DNA of 64,000 nucleotides from Gekko japonicus (taxonomy: Eukaryota), in the NCBI RefSeq assembly GCF_001447785.1, contig NW_015163094.1, positions 767,990 to 831,989 of the forward strand, written 5' to 3'. Positions 38,111-49,612 of the stretch are shown here, piece by piece. Position 1 is the stretch's first letter, and each line of letters opens with the position of its first letter. The translations under genes were made by a program, and so were the position numbers. Below the pieces are notes generated by a model. It searched no databases and was not told the origin of the DNA. It saw nothing but the letters and a program-made list of their open reading frames with translations.

Positions 38111-39794
38111 AAAAACACATTGCATGTTTCAAAACTCAGCCCAAAGACAAGTTTTGAAAAAAAAGAAATTTGTATTTGTATGGAACATGTGAAGTAATTA
38201 TGGACACGTTTTTGAGCATACAAAAAGTTCCCACATCAGAGTTTGCCCTCCCACCATTCATAATTAACATGTGGATTCTGGCAAAGTTTGAACCAGTCCT
38301 ACTATTTCTTTCCCCCCTCAGATATTATAGTCAGATATTGAATATATGAACAAACTGAGGATTCATTTTAAGATGGCGGTCTACAGACTGATGACTTATG
38401 GTTATAAACACTAAACATCTTATGCCTCATTGTGTTCAGTGGAATTCATTTACTTCATATTCAACAAATAACTACATTATGCCTGCTGCATTTTTTAAAA
38501 ATGCAGAAAACAAATTCAGCAGGATCTTCATTAACAACCCTAAAAGGAATCTCAGTGTTCCTGATCAAGCAAGACACTAGACGCATGGGTGCAGAATCAT
38601 GTGCAGAATCAGCTGCAGCACATTTGATGAGACAGCACAGTCAGCCCCATTCAGATGGGGAGCAGGGTGCAGCTGAATTGGTTCCCCCTGCTTTTTCCTT
38701 CCCACCAAACCGCTGATCTCACAATTGCACGTGTATAGCATTGGATCAGGAGCAATGCATTTTAAACCAAGATGTTCCTTGTCGGGGAAAACTTTAAAAA
38801 TACAAATAGTGGAACACGAATGTCTGAAGTTTCAAGGCTTTAAAGTACCAGGGGTATAAGAACTCAAGGAAGCAAGATGAGATGGCAAGATGCTATCGCA
38901 TATTAATAGGGCGTGTGGGGGAAAGGGATCCCCTCATGATTGCTTCCACCTCTTACTTTTGTGAAAGACAAATTAAGATGGATGGGGCAAGTTGTCAAGT
39001 TGATTTAAGGAGAGGCTCCTATAGCAGCATGCCAGGTAAATTGCACTGTTTTAGCAAATTAGTGATCTCGGCATATTTTAAATATTTTCTTACTGCTGAT
39101 CCAAGAGAACAGTAAAAAGAGTTGGGCCTCAGAATCTTGACCTGGGATACAACTTGGAGTGTGAATGTACCAACGTTTTCTTCTTAGTTTCCTGGGGATA
39201 ACTCTGTATGTTTCAGTAACTGTGTTATTTAACTTCATTTTTATTAGCTATATTTCTCACTGAGACTGAAAGTTGAAGCAATCAATACAATAAATCATGT
39301 AATTTAAAAAGTACTATCAGGATTACAGAAATCTAAATAAGCATAGACTATTAGACAATGAATGCAGATACAGTGCAGAAAAATGGTTTTACATCAGTAG
39401 AAAATAATATATCGACAGCAGGGTAATATATACAGCAAACAGATAAGTCAGCTACACAGTGCTGCAGTCCACAGCCCCTATCTCCCTTATAAATAAAAGC
39501 CGAATGGTGGTGGCACTTCTCTAGAACATTCCACACGCTCCAAAATCAATTCGCTCTCTGATCTGTCATTCAGAGGGTCTCCCTATCCACTGGCTGCTTT
39601 GCCTGAGTCCTGCCTCCAACATTCTAAACAGTTTGCTGTTCTTCTCCCCCCCATAGCCAGTCAGAACACAGAGGTTATTTGCATATGCAGCCTCATTGGC
39701 CTCTGCCTCGGAACACAGAGGTCGTTTGCATATGCAACTTGATTGGCTTTTGCCTCTAACATTCTAAACAGTTTTGCTGTTCAGAGGTAAAATG

Positions 39795-40315
39795 TGTCCA
39801 ATCTCCAGGTGAGGGCTGGAGATCCCTCCGAATTACAACTGCTCTCCAGATGGCAGAGATCAGTTCCCCTGGAGAAAATGGTGGACTCTGTATCCTTATA
39901 TGCTGCTGAGGTGGCCCCCGTATGACAGCCAATGTGACGTAGCAGTCAGGGCTTCAGGGCACGGGAGAGGCTGCAGGTGTGTGGGGGGTGGAAAGCTGAA
40001 GAGTGAGGGGGAAATAAAGGTAGATTGATGATTGGCTGGGAAGGAGATAGGGTTGCCAACTCCAGGTGGGAAATTCCTGGAGATGTGAGGGATGGAGCCT
40101 GGAGAGGGTGAGGTTTCAGGAGGCGTGGGACCTCGGACAGGTACAAAGCCATAGACTCCACCCTCCAAACCAACCATTCCCTTTTGGGAACCATCGTTGC
40201 CAATCTCCAGGTGAGGGCTGGAGATCACTCAAAATTACAACTGTTCTTTAGGTAGCAGAGATCAGTTCCTCTGGAGAAAATGGTGGACTCAGTGTCATTA
40301 TACCCTACTGAGGTC
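39795..40315. mobile_element. Cluster of partial hAT MITEs (TAGGGTTGCCA family)
   Basis: 39795-39915 and 40196-40315 share the same internal deletion (GGAGAAAATGG|TGGACTC); an inverted copy lies at 40048-40192. Confidence 0.75.
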
Positions 40316-40479
40316 GCCACAGCAAATTGACACTGAGTGTCCAAGGCCGGGACACCTGCCCAGAGCCTCTTTCTAGTGGCCATTGTATTTATTTCCACAA
40401 CGGGCCTTTTTCCTCGTTCCTTTATAAAGCATGTTCCTCAACATTCTGTTATAACATAGCCCTATTACCTTTATACAAA

Positions 40480-41310
40480 TGTCCTCCTAAACAATTCTGT
40501 TTTGTGTGTTTTGTGGGACGACAGGAGCGTGGGAGCCTTCCTGACTTCTCAGGCAGGCCATTCCACAAGGTGGAAACCACAGCAGAGAATGCACTTATAT
40601 GGGTGGTTGCTTGTCTTGACCATTTGCAAGGTGGCACCTGCAGAAGTTCCTGAATATATTATTGAAGCTGTCAAGTGGTGGAACGTAGGGGGAGGGTTGG
40701 TCCTGCAGACATGAAGGTCCTATAGGATTTTGTATGTGATAATCAGTACCTTGAATTGAACCTAGTAAGAGATGGGCAGCCAATGGAGTAACTGCAGAAT
40801 GACTGTAATCAGGGGTAGTTTCGTAGAAAAAGAGCTAGGGGAACTCATTAGCATAACTCATTAGCATATGCGACACCTCCTGACATCAGGGGCCCGGCGG
40901 TGGACCTGCAAGGCCGGCGGGAGTGTGAGGAAGCCCCGCCAAGGCCCTCCCTGGCCCCAGGCACGCAGGGGTGGGGAGAGGCGGGGAGGAAGCAACTTAC
41001 CCTCCCTCTTCTCCTGCCTCCTCCTGGCTGAATGAGGGCCAGAAGCGGGGCGGTTGGAAGCAAGGGGCAGGGCTTCGTCGTGTGCCCCGCCCCCCGCACC
41101 TCACCCGGGGGAACTGCGATCCCCCGCGATCCCCCCAAATCGTGTCTTGACTGTAATGTGTATGCTTAGCCTAGCTCCTGATAATACTCCAGATGTGGTA
41201 TTCTGTCCCAAATGGAGTCTGCAAGTTTTCTTCAAGAGCAGACCCATGTAGAATATCTTACAATAGTCTAGTCTTGATGTCATCTTTAAGCTGTCACACA
41301 ACTGCATATG
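40480..41310 (-). mobile_element. L2 LINE fragment interrupted by a GC-rich hAT-like insert (40810-41145)
   Basis: AFSAVVSTLWNGLP and SRLDYC remnants; TGACTGTAAT recurs on both sides of the insert. Confidence 0.7.
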
Positions 41311-41796
41311 TATTTTTTTTAGTAGCACTTTGGGTCAAACTCTGACCATTGTACTTTTCATTGCTAGTTTCCTTAAGAGTTTTGCACTTTAGGTTTATAA
41401 ACACTCTAAATGATCATACTGATAAATAGAAAAGTAATTTGTGTGTGTATCTTTGTGTATTTTGCTGATCTTCTCAATGGAAAGGGATTTGCTGTCTGAT
41501 AGAAAAATTTGTTTTAAAAGACAAATAATTAGGGCTATCAACCCATTAAAGGATTGTAGCTGATTAGTCATCTGCCTTTTAACCATGAACTGAGTTTAAT
41601 TATATCTGCATATTACTAGAACTTCAACACAGCTGCCTTTTCAAGAGATTGAAGGAAATATTTTAAGCTACAACTTGTTAGAAATAAAAGCCATCTTCAC
41701 TATTTCCTTTTTCAGTGTTAAATTATTACAGTAACACACCTGAACAAAAAAGGCCTCGGATGTACTATTAATTTATATAAGCAATTTCTCTTCTAG

Positions 41797-42012
41797 GCAG
41801 CCAGCATAGTGTAGTGGTTAAGAGCAGCAAACTCTAATTTGAGAACTGGGTTTGATTCCCTGCTCCTTCATATGAAGCCAGCTGGGTGGCCTTGGGCCAG
41901 TCACAGTTTCCTCAGAACTCTCAGCCCCACCTACCTCACCTACCACCTGCTTGAGGCTTGAGACTCTTTAAGGTAAAGAAAAGTGGGGTATAAAAACCAA
42001 CTCTTTTTCTCT
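41797..42012 (+). mobile_element. Squam3/MIR-type SINE
   Basis: AGTGTAGTGGTTAAGAGC head, GGGTTTGATTCCC, GGGGTATAAAAACCAACTCTT tail. Confidence 0.85.
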
Positions 42013-42439
42013 TCAGTGATTCAAACTGAGTTCTGTTGCTTATTCAGCCAGGCTTTAGCTGATTTACAGTCTAATTCTAAGCAGAGTTACACCATTGAGT
42101 TTAATGGACTTAGAAGGGTGTAAATCTGTTTAGGATGACACTGTTAATCAGCATAGCAAAGCCTACAGCCCTAAAAATACTCAACATGTGTTGCTGGAAC
42201 AATGACATATTTTAAAAGGAAGAAGTAGAGACCTTAATATTTAGGAATATTTTAATGCTCTCTCTTTTGCCGAAGCCTAAAACAAAAACAAACAAACCAC
42301 TGCAGTAGCAATAAAATCAAACAATACACCAAAACTCATTACTCAAACAAGGCAGATATAAATCGGGGTTATTGTGTAAATGGGCCCACAAAGGACATGT
42401 AAGTCCAGCTCTCACATTGCTTTTTGCTATGGTAAAAGT

Positions 42440-42630
42440 GCCCTGACCTGGATGGTTTGAGCTACACTCATCAGATCTTGGAAACTAAGCAGGGTTGGCC
42501 CTGGTTAGTACTTCAGTGGGAGGCCACCAAGGAAGTCAAGGGTTGCTTTGCAGAGGAAGGCAAGGGCAAACCACCTCTGAGTGTCTCTTGCCATAAGTTG
42601 GCTACAACTTGATGGCAGTTTCCACCACCA
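42440..42630 (+). mobile_element. 5S rRNA-derived SINE
   Basis: GATCTTGGAAACTAAGCAGGGTTGGCCCTGGTTAGTACTT matches the 5S internal promoter; the body GGCAAACCACCTCTG is not 5S. Confidence 0.85.
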
Positions 42631-42867
42631 TGGTAAAGTCACCATGAGATGATTGTCCCATGTAAGTTTTGCGTGATTTCTTTTGCATGCTTCCACATGG
42701 GAAAGATCTGATATGAATCCCCTGAAGGATGTGGGAATCTTGCCATATGGGGGCCCACTGAGAAGACTTCAAACCAAAATTGTCTCTGTGCACAGACCAA
42801 GCCCTAAAATGACCTTGCTGTGACTTTACTAAGTCATGAAAATCAGAACTGAGCCACGGGCAACTAA

Positions 42868-43305
42868 GGCCCTGTTCATATGAAGCGTTTTGGGCCGGGA
42901 GTGGGCCGGATTGGAAGCACAGCAAACGGGCGCGATCCCACGTCAACATCTGGCTGGCGTTGCGCTCCCGTCTCCGATCCGGCCCTTCCCTCGATGAATC
43001 GCTTCAAAACTGAACCAGTAGGTGGTTCATCCGTTTGGTCCGTATCATCGCTGGCCGTGGGATTGGCGGCGCGTCTTGCCGCCGGCGCATCCCCGGCCCC
43101 CAGCCGAACTGCGCATGCGTGAGCATGCACAGTTCGGCAGCCTCCCCCTCCCGAGCATCCCTACCTCCCCGGCATCTGATCGTGCTGGGGAGCAACGGCG
43201 CACGGTGCACAGGATCCGTGGGATCCCACCCGCGCGTCTCTTTTTTGGTGCGGCTCTATTTAGCCGCGCTTTGCCGGGTGTTTTCCCTGCCATGTGGCAG
43301 GGGCC
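42868..43305. mobile_element. PIF/Harbinger-type MITE, CpG-rich (probably young)
   Basis: Imperfect TIRs GGCCCTGTTCATATG...CATGTGGCAGGGGCC; TAA on both sides (42865-42867, 43306-43308). Confidence 0.75.
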
Positions 43306-43544
43306 TAAGAAGATGTATATCCTTAAAAGAAGTGTGGTATCACTGTAAGTGTATTCTCATTCAGGTCCAAGGAGTTTCTGAAGTTTGGTGTTGATCAGGA
43401 TTCCAAGGTGGCCATGCTGTTACCTCACGAAAACTGACAGTGGCTCTTAGCACAGTTATGTCCTATAAAGAGGATGTGATGAGGCGGTTAAAGTGCCAGG
43501 CTAGGACCTGGGATACCTGTATTCAAATCCATGAAGCTGATTTA

Positions 43545-43899
43545 GGCCCCGGTCACACAGGCCGGATATCGCGGGGGGGAGGCATGGCTAATTGCCCTGG
43601 CACAGTTTGATGCACGATTACGCGATCAGATGTGCCGGCGGCACACCACGGGTCCTTCCCTCGGCACCAGCAGGTAAATGAAGGACCGGAGGGGAATGCT
43701 GCGCGCTGGCGCGATCACCCCATTGGGGTCAGTTAAAAGGAAGAAGTAGAGACCTTAATATTTAGGAATATTTTAATGCTCTCTCTTTTGCCGAAGCCTA
43801 AAACAAAAACAAACAAACCACTGCAGTAGTGATCGCGCCCGGATAATCCGCCCACCATCTGTGCCTTTCCCGTGGCAACTTTGCCGTGTGACTGGGGCC
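43545..43899. mobile_element. PIF/Harbinger-type MITE nested in a MIR-like SINE, containing a 97-bp captured insert
   Basis: TIRs GGCCCCGGTCACAC...GTGTGACTGGGGCC; flanks TTA/TTG; host SINE spans about 43470-44030. Confidence 0.8.
43733..43829 (+). repeat. Exact 97-bp copy of 42212-42308
   Basis: TTAAAAGGAAGAAGTAGAG...AAACCACTGCAGTAG reads identically at both sites. Confidence 0.97.
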
Positions 43900-45298
43900 T
43901 TGGTGACCTTGGGCTAGTTGCTGTTCCTCAGCCTACCCTCCTTTGTGAAGTTATTGCAAGGATAAAATGGAGGGGGACAATACTGTGTATGTTGCCCTAA
44001 ACTCTTTGGAGGAAGGGTGGAATAAAAATTCAACAGATCCTTTAACTTGCAAGGAAAATAATGGTAATTGTGAGCAAGCTACCTTTTGTGTCCTAATAAC
44101 GTTCATTTCATTGACAGATCTTCCCCGGAACGCAGTTTGAAAACCAGTGGTCTACATCACGGGTAGCATAGTTCAATTCCAAATTAAAGCCAAAGGCATG
44201 CTATCATCCATTTACATCTGTGCCATTCTTCAGTGTGACTGTATAGAGAATTTTATAAATACACAATGCTGCAAACGTTTGAGTAAAGAAAAGAGAGAGA
44301 GAGAAACTTGACAGTCTTATTTTGAATATTTAATGAGCTCCAAAAATAAATGGGTGAAATATGTAAACAAGTATCAATGGACTGTTTCTTGGGGACCAGT
44401 GGGAACCTGTAATCACTGATAAATTCGCTACTCCTGACTTCACTGTTTGCCTGATAGTAACTCAAATAACAAAAGTTCTAAGTTCATTGGAACTGGAGCA
44501 TCTTGTATGGCCATTCTCAAACACATCTGTTGGGTTCTTTGCCAGTTCTAGAGAAAATGTAGTTAGCTTACTTAGAGGGAAAAGCTACAAAGGAAACAGA
44601 GTGTGCCCCCTCCAGTCTTCAACCCAGGGACAGAAGCGCTGTTTTAGAGGAGAAAACGGGCCATTTAAAAATACCATAAGGGCCCGGACCTTATCTTGCC
44701 TGTAGCAGGGTGGGGGCATGGACTCTTTCCTTTTCCCTGTGTGCCTTTTCAAGTGCTGAAACAGCTGCATGGGGTGTCCCACTGTGCTTGCGGCCCATTC
44801 CTGATCAGAATCTTGCAGCATTTTTAAATTGCCTATGTTAACCTGTAAAATGGAATTGGTGTCCTTGTGTTGTTCCCAGGAATACCATAACATCAAGTTG
44901 TGCCCGTAGTCCCTCATTCAGTTGCAGCTCCAACTGTTTCACGAGAACAATGCCTAGCATTTACACAGCATTTTCTTTTCTTTTCTTTTTGGATCCCCCT
45001 GAGGGGAATTTTTAATTGATTTTTTACAGACTTCAAACTAAAACTGAAAATATGGGAAGGGGAACTACATCTAGGAGAAAGAACCCCCCCATTAACTAAA
45101 AACCCAAGAGTAGGAGATCATTACATCAGCTTAACTCAATGCTATTTTTTTTCTTTAAAAAGCTAATAAAACAATAAACATAGTCGGTTATGCTAAGTTA
45201 ATTCTCTTTTAACTATACTTTTAACTGCTTAGAGAACCCCCCCGAGCATCCCAAATCAATTTCAGAGTTTTCAGGCACATATCAGAGTCCTTCAGCCA

Positions 45299-46130
45299 CT
45301 ATTTATTCTTCTCTTTTCTAACCCTCACTTTTGTTGAACTTTTGGGAGCAGCCGCCCCCTTTTCAGAGGGTGAGTCCTCATCCGAAGACCCGGAGCCTAA
45401 CTCGCCATCAGATTAACAAAGTCAATCTTTTCTTTTTTGTCGTGCAGTTTGAAAATGACACATTCTGGGATTAACCATCTGTAACTAATGCCATTTGTTT
45501 GTAAAAATATGATTAGTTCTTTATAGTTCTTTCTCTTCTGTCTAATATGAAATGGAATGTCTTTTAAAATCCTGATGTTGTTGTCCCCAATTTTCAAGGG
45601 AGTTCCCGTGGTTGCTTTCAGAATAGAANNNNNNNNNNNNNNNNNNNNNNNNNNNNNNNNNNNNNNNNNNNNNNNNNNNNNNNNNNNNNNNNNNGTCAAA
45701 TCTGTCAATGGGCTATTGCTTCACTCAGCCATTGCTTCAGATTCTCTCCTTTAATTTCCGGGACCCCTTGAAACCGTAGGACCAAATTGGCTTTCTCCAT
45801 TTGCAGCTGCAAAAGTTTAGACTCTTCCATGGCTTGCTTCATTTTCAGATTTTGCACCTTTTTCTTAACTGTGTTAGTATTGGTGTCCATTTTCTTCACT
45901 TTCTCTCCCATTTGCTCTGTTGCTTTTAAGGATTGGGTCAATTGTAACTGCTGTGAAGCCAGGCTTTGACCGATTATTGACAATTGTTGCTTGATATTAG
46001 TAATCTCATCCAGCAGTGGGTGCAAGGAATCTGCCAACATTTTTGAAAGCTCAGCAGTCTCTTCCGTTCGAGGACTACCCACTAGTTTTGCTTTCAAAAG
46101 TTTTTCTTTCTCCGGTTTCTTCCCCGCCAT
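45299..46130 (-). pseudogene. L1 ORF1p (coiled coil, RRM, CTD), frameshifted and spanning the N gap
   Basis: Coiled coil followed by LRFQGVPE.KGENL; after the gap IRILKDIP...RQKRK.Y...L...GISYRWLIPE; an acidic/basic tail in a shifted frame. Confidence 0.85.
45629..45694. other. Assembly gap (N run)
   Basis: 66 N bases within L1 ORF1. Confidence 1.
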
Positions 46131-47159
46131 CTTTTTGGATTTGTTTACTTATTGAAAAGTTGCTAAAGTCTCTGATTTTCACCCAAATGCTTATCTGCTC
46201 TCTGGTAAGTCTCTGAAAACAGTTTCAAAAGCTTATTTTTCCGCTCCCCCCCTCTTTATTCCATGTTTTTGTTTATGCGTTTGGGAGGGGCCCCTCCCCC
46301 ACTCACTTCCCGTTGCTCTTTAAGGGGGCAGCTTTCTTTTTAAATCTTCATGTTTGCTTCAACCCAACTCACGGTTCATTGTTGGCCAAACGGCCTCGCT
46401 TGGCATCGGTTTCTTTCCGCCCGATCTCCAACGCTTGTCCCGGTCAACAGCACTTGTACCATATGGTCACTCAGCGGCAGGACCTTTGGGGCAGAGGAGC
46501 ACCTCAGTTCTCTGGCAACGCGCCATCAAAGAGGTAGCCCCTCAAATGCCCCCTTTTACCAAGGCTCCAGTGGGGTCATGACCCGTCGCACCCCCTCCTA
46601 CATGCTGGTGTGCAGTTTGCATCCCCGGGACGTCCGGGAGATGCGTCTGCCTGCATGTCGCCATAAACCAGAAGTCCCCTACACAGCATTTTCTGAGTGT
46701 TTAAAGTGTTTGGCATACTTCATGTCAGGAATCCTTACAGCAACCCTGTAAGGTAGGTCAGAAGAATTAGCCCTGTACTGCAGGCTGAAACTTGCCCAAG
46801 ATCACGTAGTGAGTTCATGATAGCTGCAAGATTTATGCTACAGTAATGCTACAGTCCTAATAACACTTTCCTGGGAGTAATTGCCCTGACAGCAGGCAAC
46901 CAGAAATAGTAGTGGAATTCTTGCCAGTAAAAGCGATTGTGAGAGTTCGGAAACTGGCATGCATGGCTTGTGGTCCTGTTTTTAAACAAGGCTTGGGGGA
47001 GTGAGGAGATTGGGAGGATTACTGCACCTCCCCCAGCTCCTGGGTGAAGGGGATGACAGTCAGATGAGTGGTATGTGAGCAGGAGGGAAGTTGGGCAGTG
47101 GGATAGATGGGAGGCTGCTGATTGTATCCAACCCTTTTGAGCTTGGGGGGGCCTTTGGA

Positions 47160-47775
47160 ATTTATTTATTTGTTTTATTTATATCCCGCCCTCCCCTCAA
47201 AGGCAGGATCAGGGCAGCTTACAGTCATATATATATATACACACATACACACATTATACAAATATTAAAACAGATAAAACAGTTAAAACCACAAAAAAAT
47301 GCAAAGTGCTAGCAGTGCAAGTAAACAATAGTGGCATTCTTTCGGCATCCAGATATAACAATTGCCATATTCCAGGTTCCTTGCCAGGCTATCAGATATT
47401 ACTTTGATGCTGGTGTTACTTTGGTGCTGATGTTAGGGCCAGGGCCACGATGTTACTGGTGGCCCCCTAATCAAAAGCCTGGTGGAAGAGCTCCGTTTTA
47501 CAGGCCCTGCAGAACTGCAGAAGATCCCGCAGGGCCCTGATGTCCTCCAGGAGCTCATTCCACCTGTGCAGGGCCGCAACAGAAAAGGCCCTGGTCCTCG
47601 TCACCGTTAGCCTGGCGGGGCCAGGCGGTGTTGGGATCCAGAACTTAGTGCCCTCTGGGGAACATGTGAGGAAAGGAGGTCCCTCAGGTAAGCAGGTCCA
47701 AGACCATATAGGGCTTTAAAGGTCAAAACCAGCACCTTGAACCAAATCCTGTGGCAGCCAGTGCAGCGCTTTTAG
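47160..47775 (-). mobile_element. L2 LINE 3' fragment
   Basis: TTTATATCCCGCCCTCCCC tail and GGGCTTTAAAGGTCAAAACCAGCACCTTGAA; reverse complement matches 59681-59992. Confidence 0.85.
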
Positions 47776-48480
47776 GGCACAGGATAGTGGGCACAACCAC
47801 AAAATGGCTGCCACAGGAAGTGGCGCCAAACTCAAAAAGGCCGGGGTTATGCCTAATTCTAATAGTAAACCTTCAGCATTTCACGCAGAAGCTCTGTTTA
47901 ACACTAAGCATTTCATGCAGAAGCTCTGTTTAACACGATGACTTTTATAATGAGCACACTGTTTTAAAATATTTTCTTGCACGCACACAGCCTACCCTCA
48001 GTGGCAGCTTTTGACCAGCTTATTTTTTTAGAATTAATTATTTAAAGCTTCATTTGAGGCATGGCTTTTATGCCAAAGCTAACTAAATCTGCTTTCCGCC
48101 ATAAAACATTATACAGTAACAATGCAACAGGTCTACAAGCTTGTTCTTTTCAGAACTCCTTTTTGATGCAAACAGATGTTGACTTGAAAATTTCTAGTAA
48201 TTGTCTCCTAGAGTGACTGCAATACACTATTATGCAAAATGCCTATGAACAGATACTTTAATTGAATATAAGTTAGAAGAATGGGCAACTGTCACTGTAA
48301 AAGTTATTAACATATGAAGCTGCCTTGTACAGGCTTGGTCCAAATATGATATGATTGTTCCTTATGAATTTAATCACTTGAGCTTAACACAAAACATAAC
48401 GTCCACTAGAAGAAAATTCATTTAAACGTGGATTATTAGTATGCCACCAGTTTTGGTTCTTGGTACGATAAAAAGGATTA

Positions 48481-48498
48481 TGCTGCCATCTAGTGGTC
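48481..48498 (-). promoter_or_regulatory. CTCF core motif
   Basis: Reverse complement GACCACTAGATGGCAGCA is a near-consensus CTCF site in apparently unique AT-rich DNA. Confidence 0.55.
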
Positions 48499-49291
48499 AT
48501 GTTCATTTTTTAAAAATAAATTGTGATTACAAAACATAAGAATGTAGACTTGTATAAAAATTGTACCACCATTTTGACCACAATAAAAAAGTGCAAGTGA
48601 TTTGAACTCATCCAGATAAGGTCTTTTTAGTCTCTATGTAGCTTCAGAGGATTGCCAACTTCATGGACTGGTTGTGCTATTTGTCCTTTACTAGCAGACT
48701 AACAAGTAGAACAGGGCAAGTGCTGCTTTGTCCACAAGTAATCTTCATACCCTGAAAAGATTCAGAATCCATTTGCCATTCATTTTTTCCCATTACTCTT
48801 TCATTTCATTGTTTGGCTCCCAGTAAAGCTTCACAAATGCTTTTCTTTCCCTTTGGTGGCAATGGTGATGGGGTGTGGGGGATTGCACAAGCTCTATTGT
48901 GTGCTTGCATGGAATGCCTGGTTCACTGGAAACTATCTATTGAAGACAACATATATTGCAGGCTCTGGGTCCAGGTTCAGCCTCTCACATCTCCAGGTAA
49001 AGTACTCTTTGGTCTGAAACCGTAGACAGCTGCTGCTAGACACAGTGCGATCTTAGAGTTCACTCCTATCCAAAAATAACTCCTTGATCCATGTAACTGC
49101 ATTTGCTTATATTTGTTGGAGCTATATTCACTGCAGCAACTTTATATTTGTTGGAGCAACTTTGGTACATGTGAATGTGTACCCTGAGAAACCAAGGTGT
49201 GTGATGGCATGTACTAAAGCCAAAATTAATTTCATTTGACCGATTCAGACAAATGACAATTGCACTTTTTGAGGCGAACATGCTTAATGAA

Positions 49292-49594
49292 CTCTTCTGC
49301 TACATGTGGTAGAGCAGCTGAAAATGTAGCCCAGTACAGACGCACCCCTCCATGTATTCAATCACCATACAGGGAGGGAGAGTGGGTATGAACATGCTGG
49401 CCCCACCCACCCCACCTCCACACAATCACCAAGTGGCCTGCAGCTCTTCTGCTACATGTGGTAGAACAGCTGAAAATGTAGCCCAGTACGGACACACCCC
49501 TCCATGTATTCAATCACCATACGGGGATGAGAGTGGGTATGAACACGCTGGCCCCACCCACCTCACCTCCACACAATCACCAAGTGGCCTGCAG
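49292..49594. repeat. Tandem duplication, period 152 bp
   Basis: CTCTTCTGCTACATGTGG...AAGTGGCCTGCAG twice, head to tail, with a handful of differences. Confidence 0.95.
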
Positions 49595-49612
49595 AAGGTG
49601 AATGCATAGAGG

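Larger units (their letters stand above)
44977..46679 (-). mobile_element. L1-clade element, ORF1-only (HAL1-like), with 15-bp TSD
   Basis: TSD TACACAGCATTTTCT at 44962-44976 and 46680-46694; GC-rich 5' end GGGGACTTCTGGTTTATGGCG; about 550-nt 5'UTR; ORF1; about 320-nt 3' region; AAAAG-type tail. Confidence 0.85.

Noticed and set aside
42868-43394. CpG-island promoter with overlapping ORFs
   Set aside because: The CpG-rich part is bounded by TIRs and a TAA TSD; the ORFs reflect GC content.
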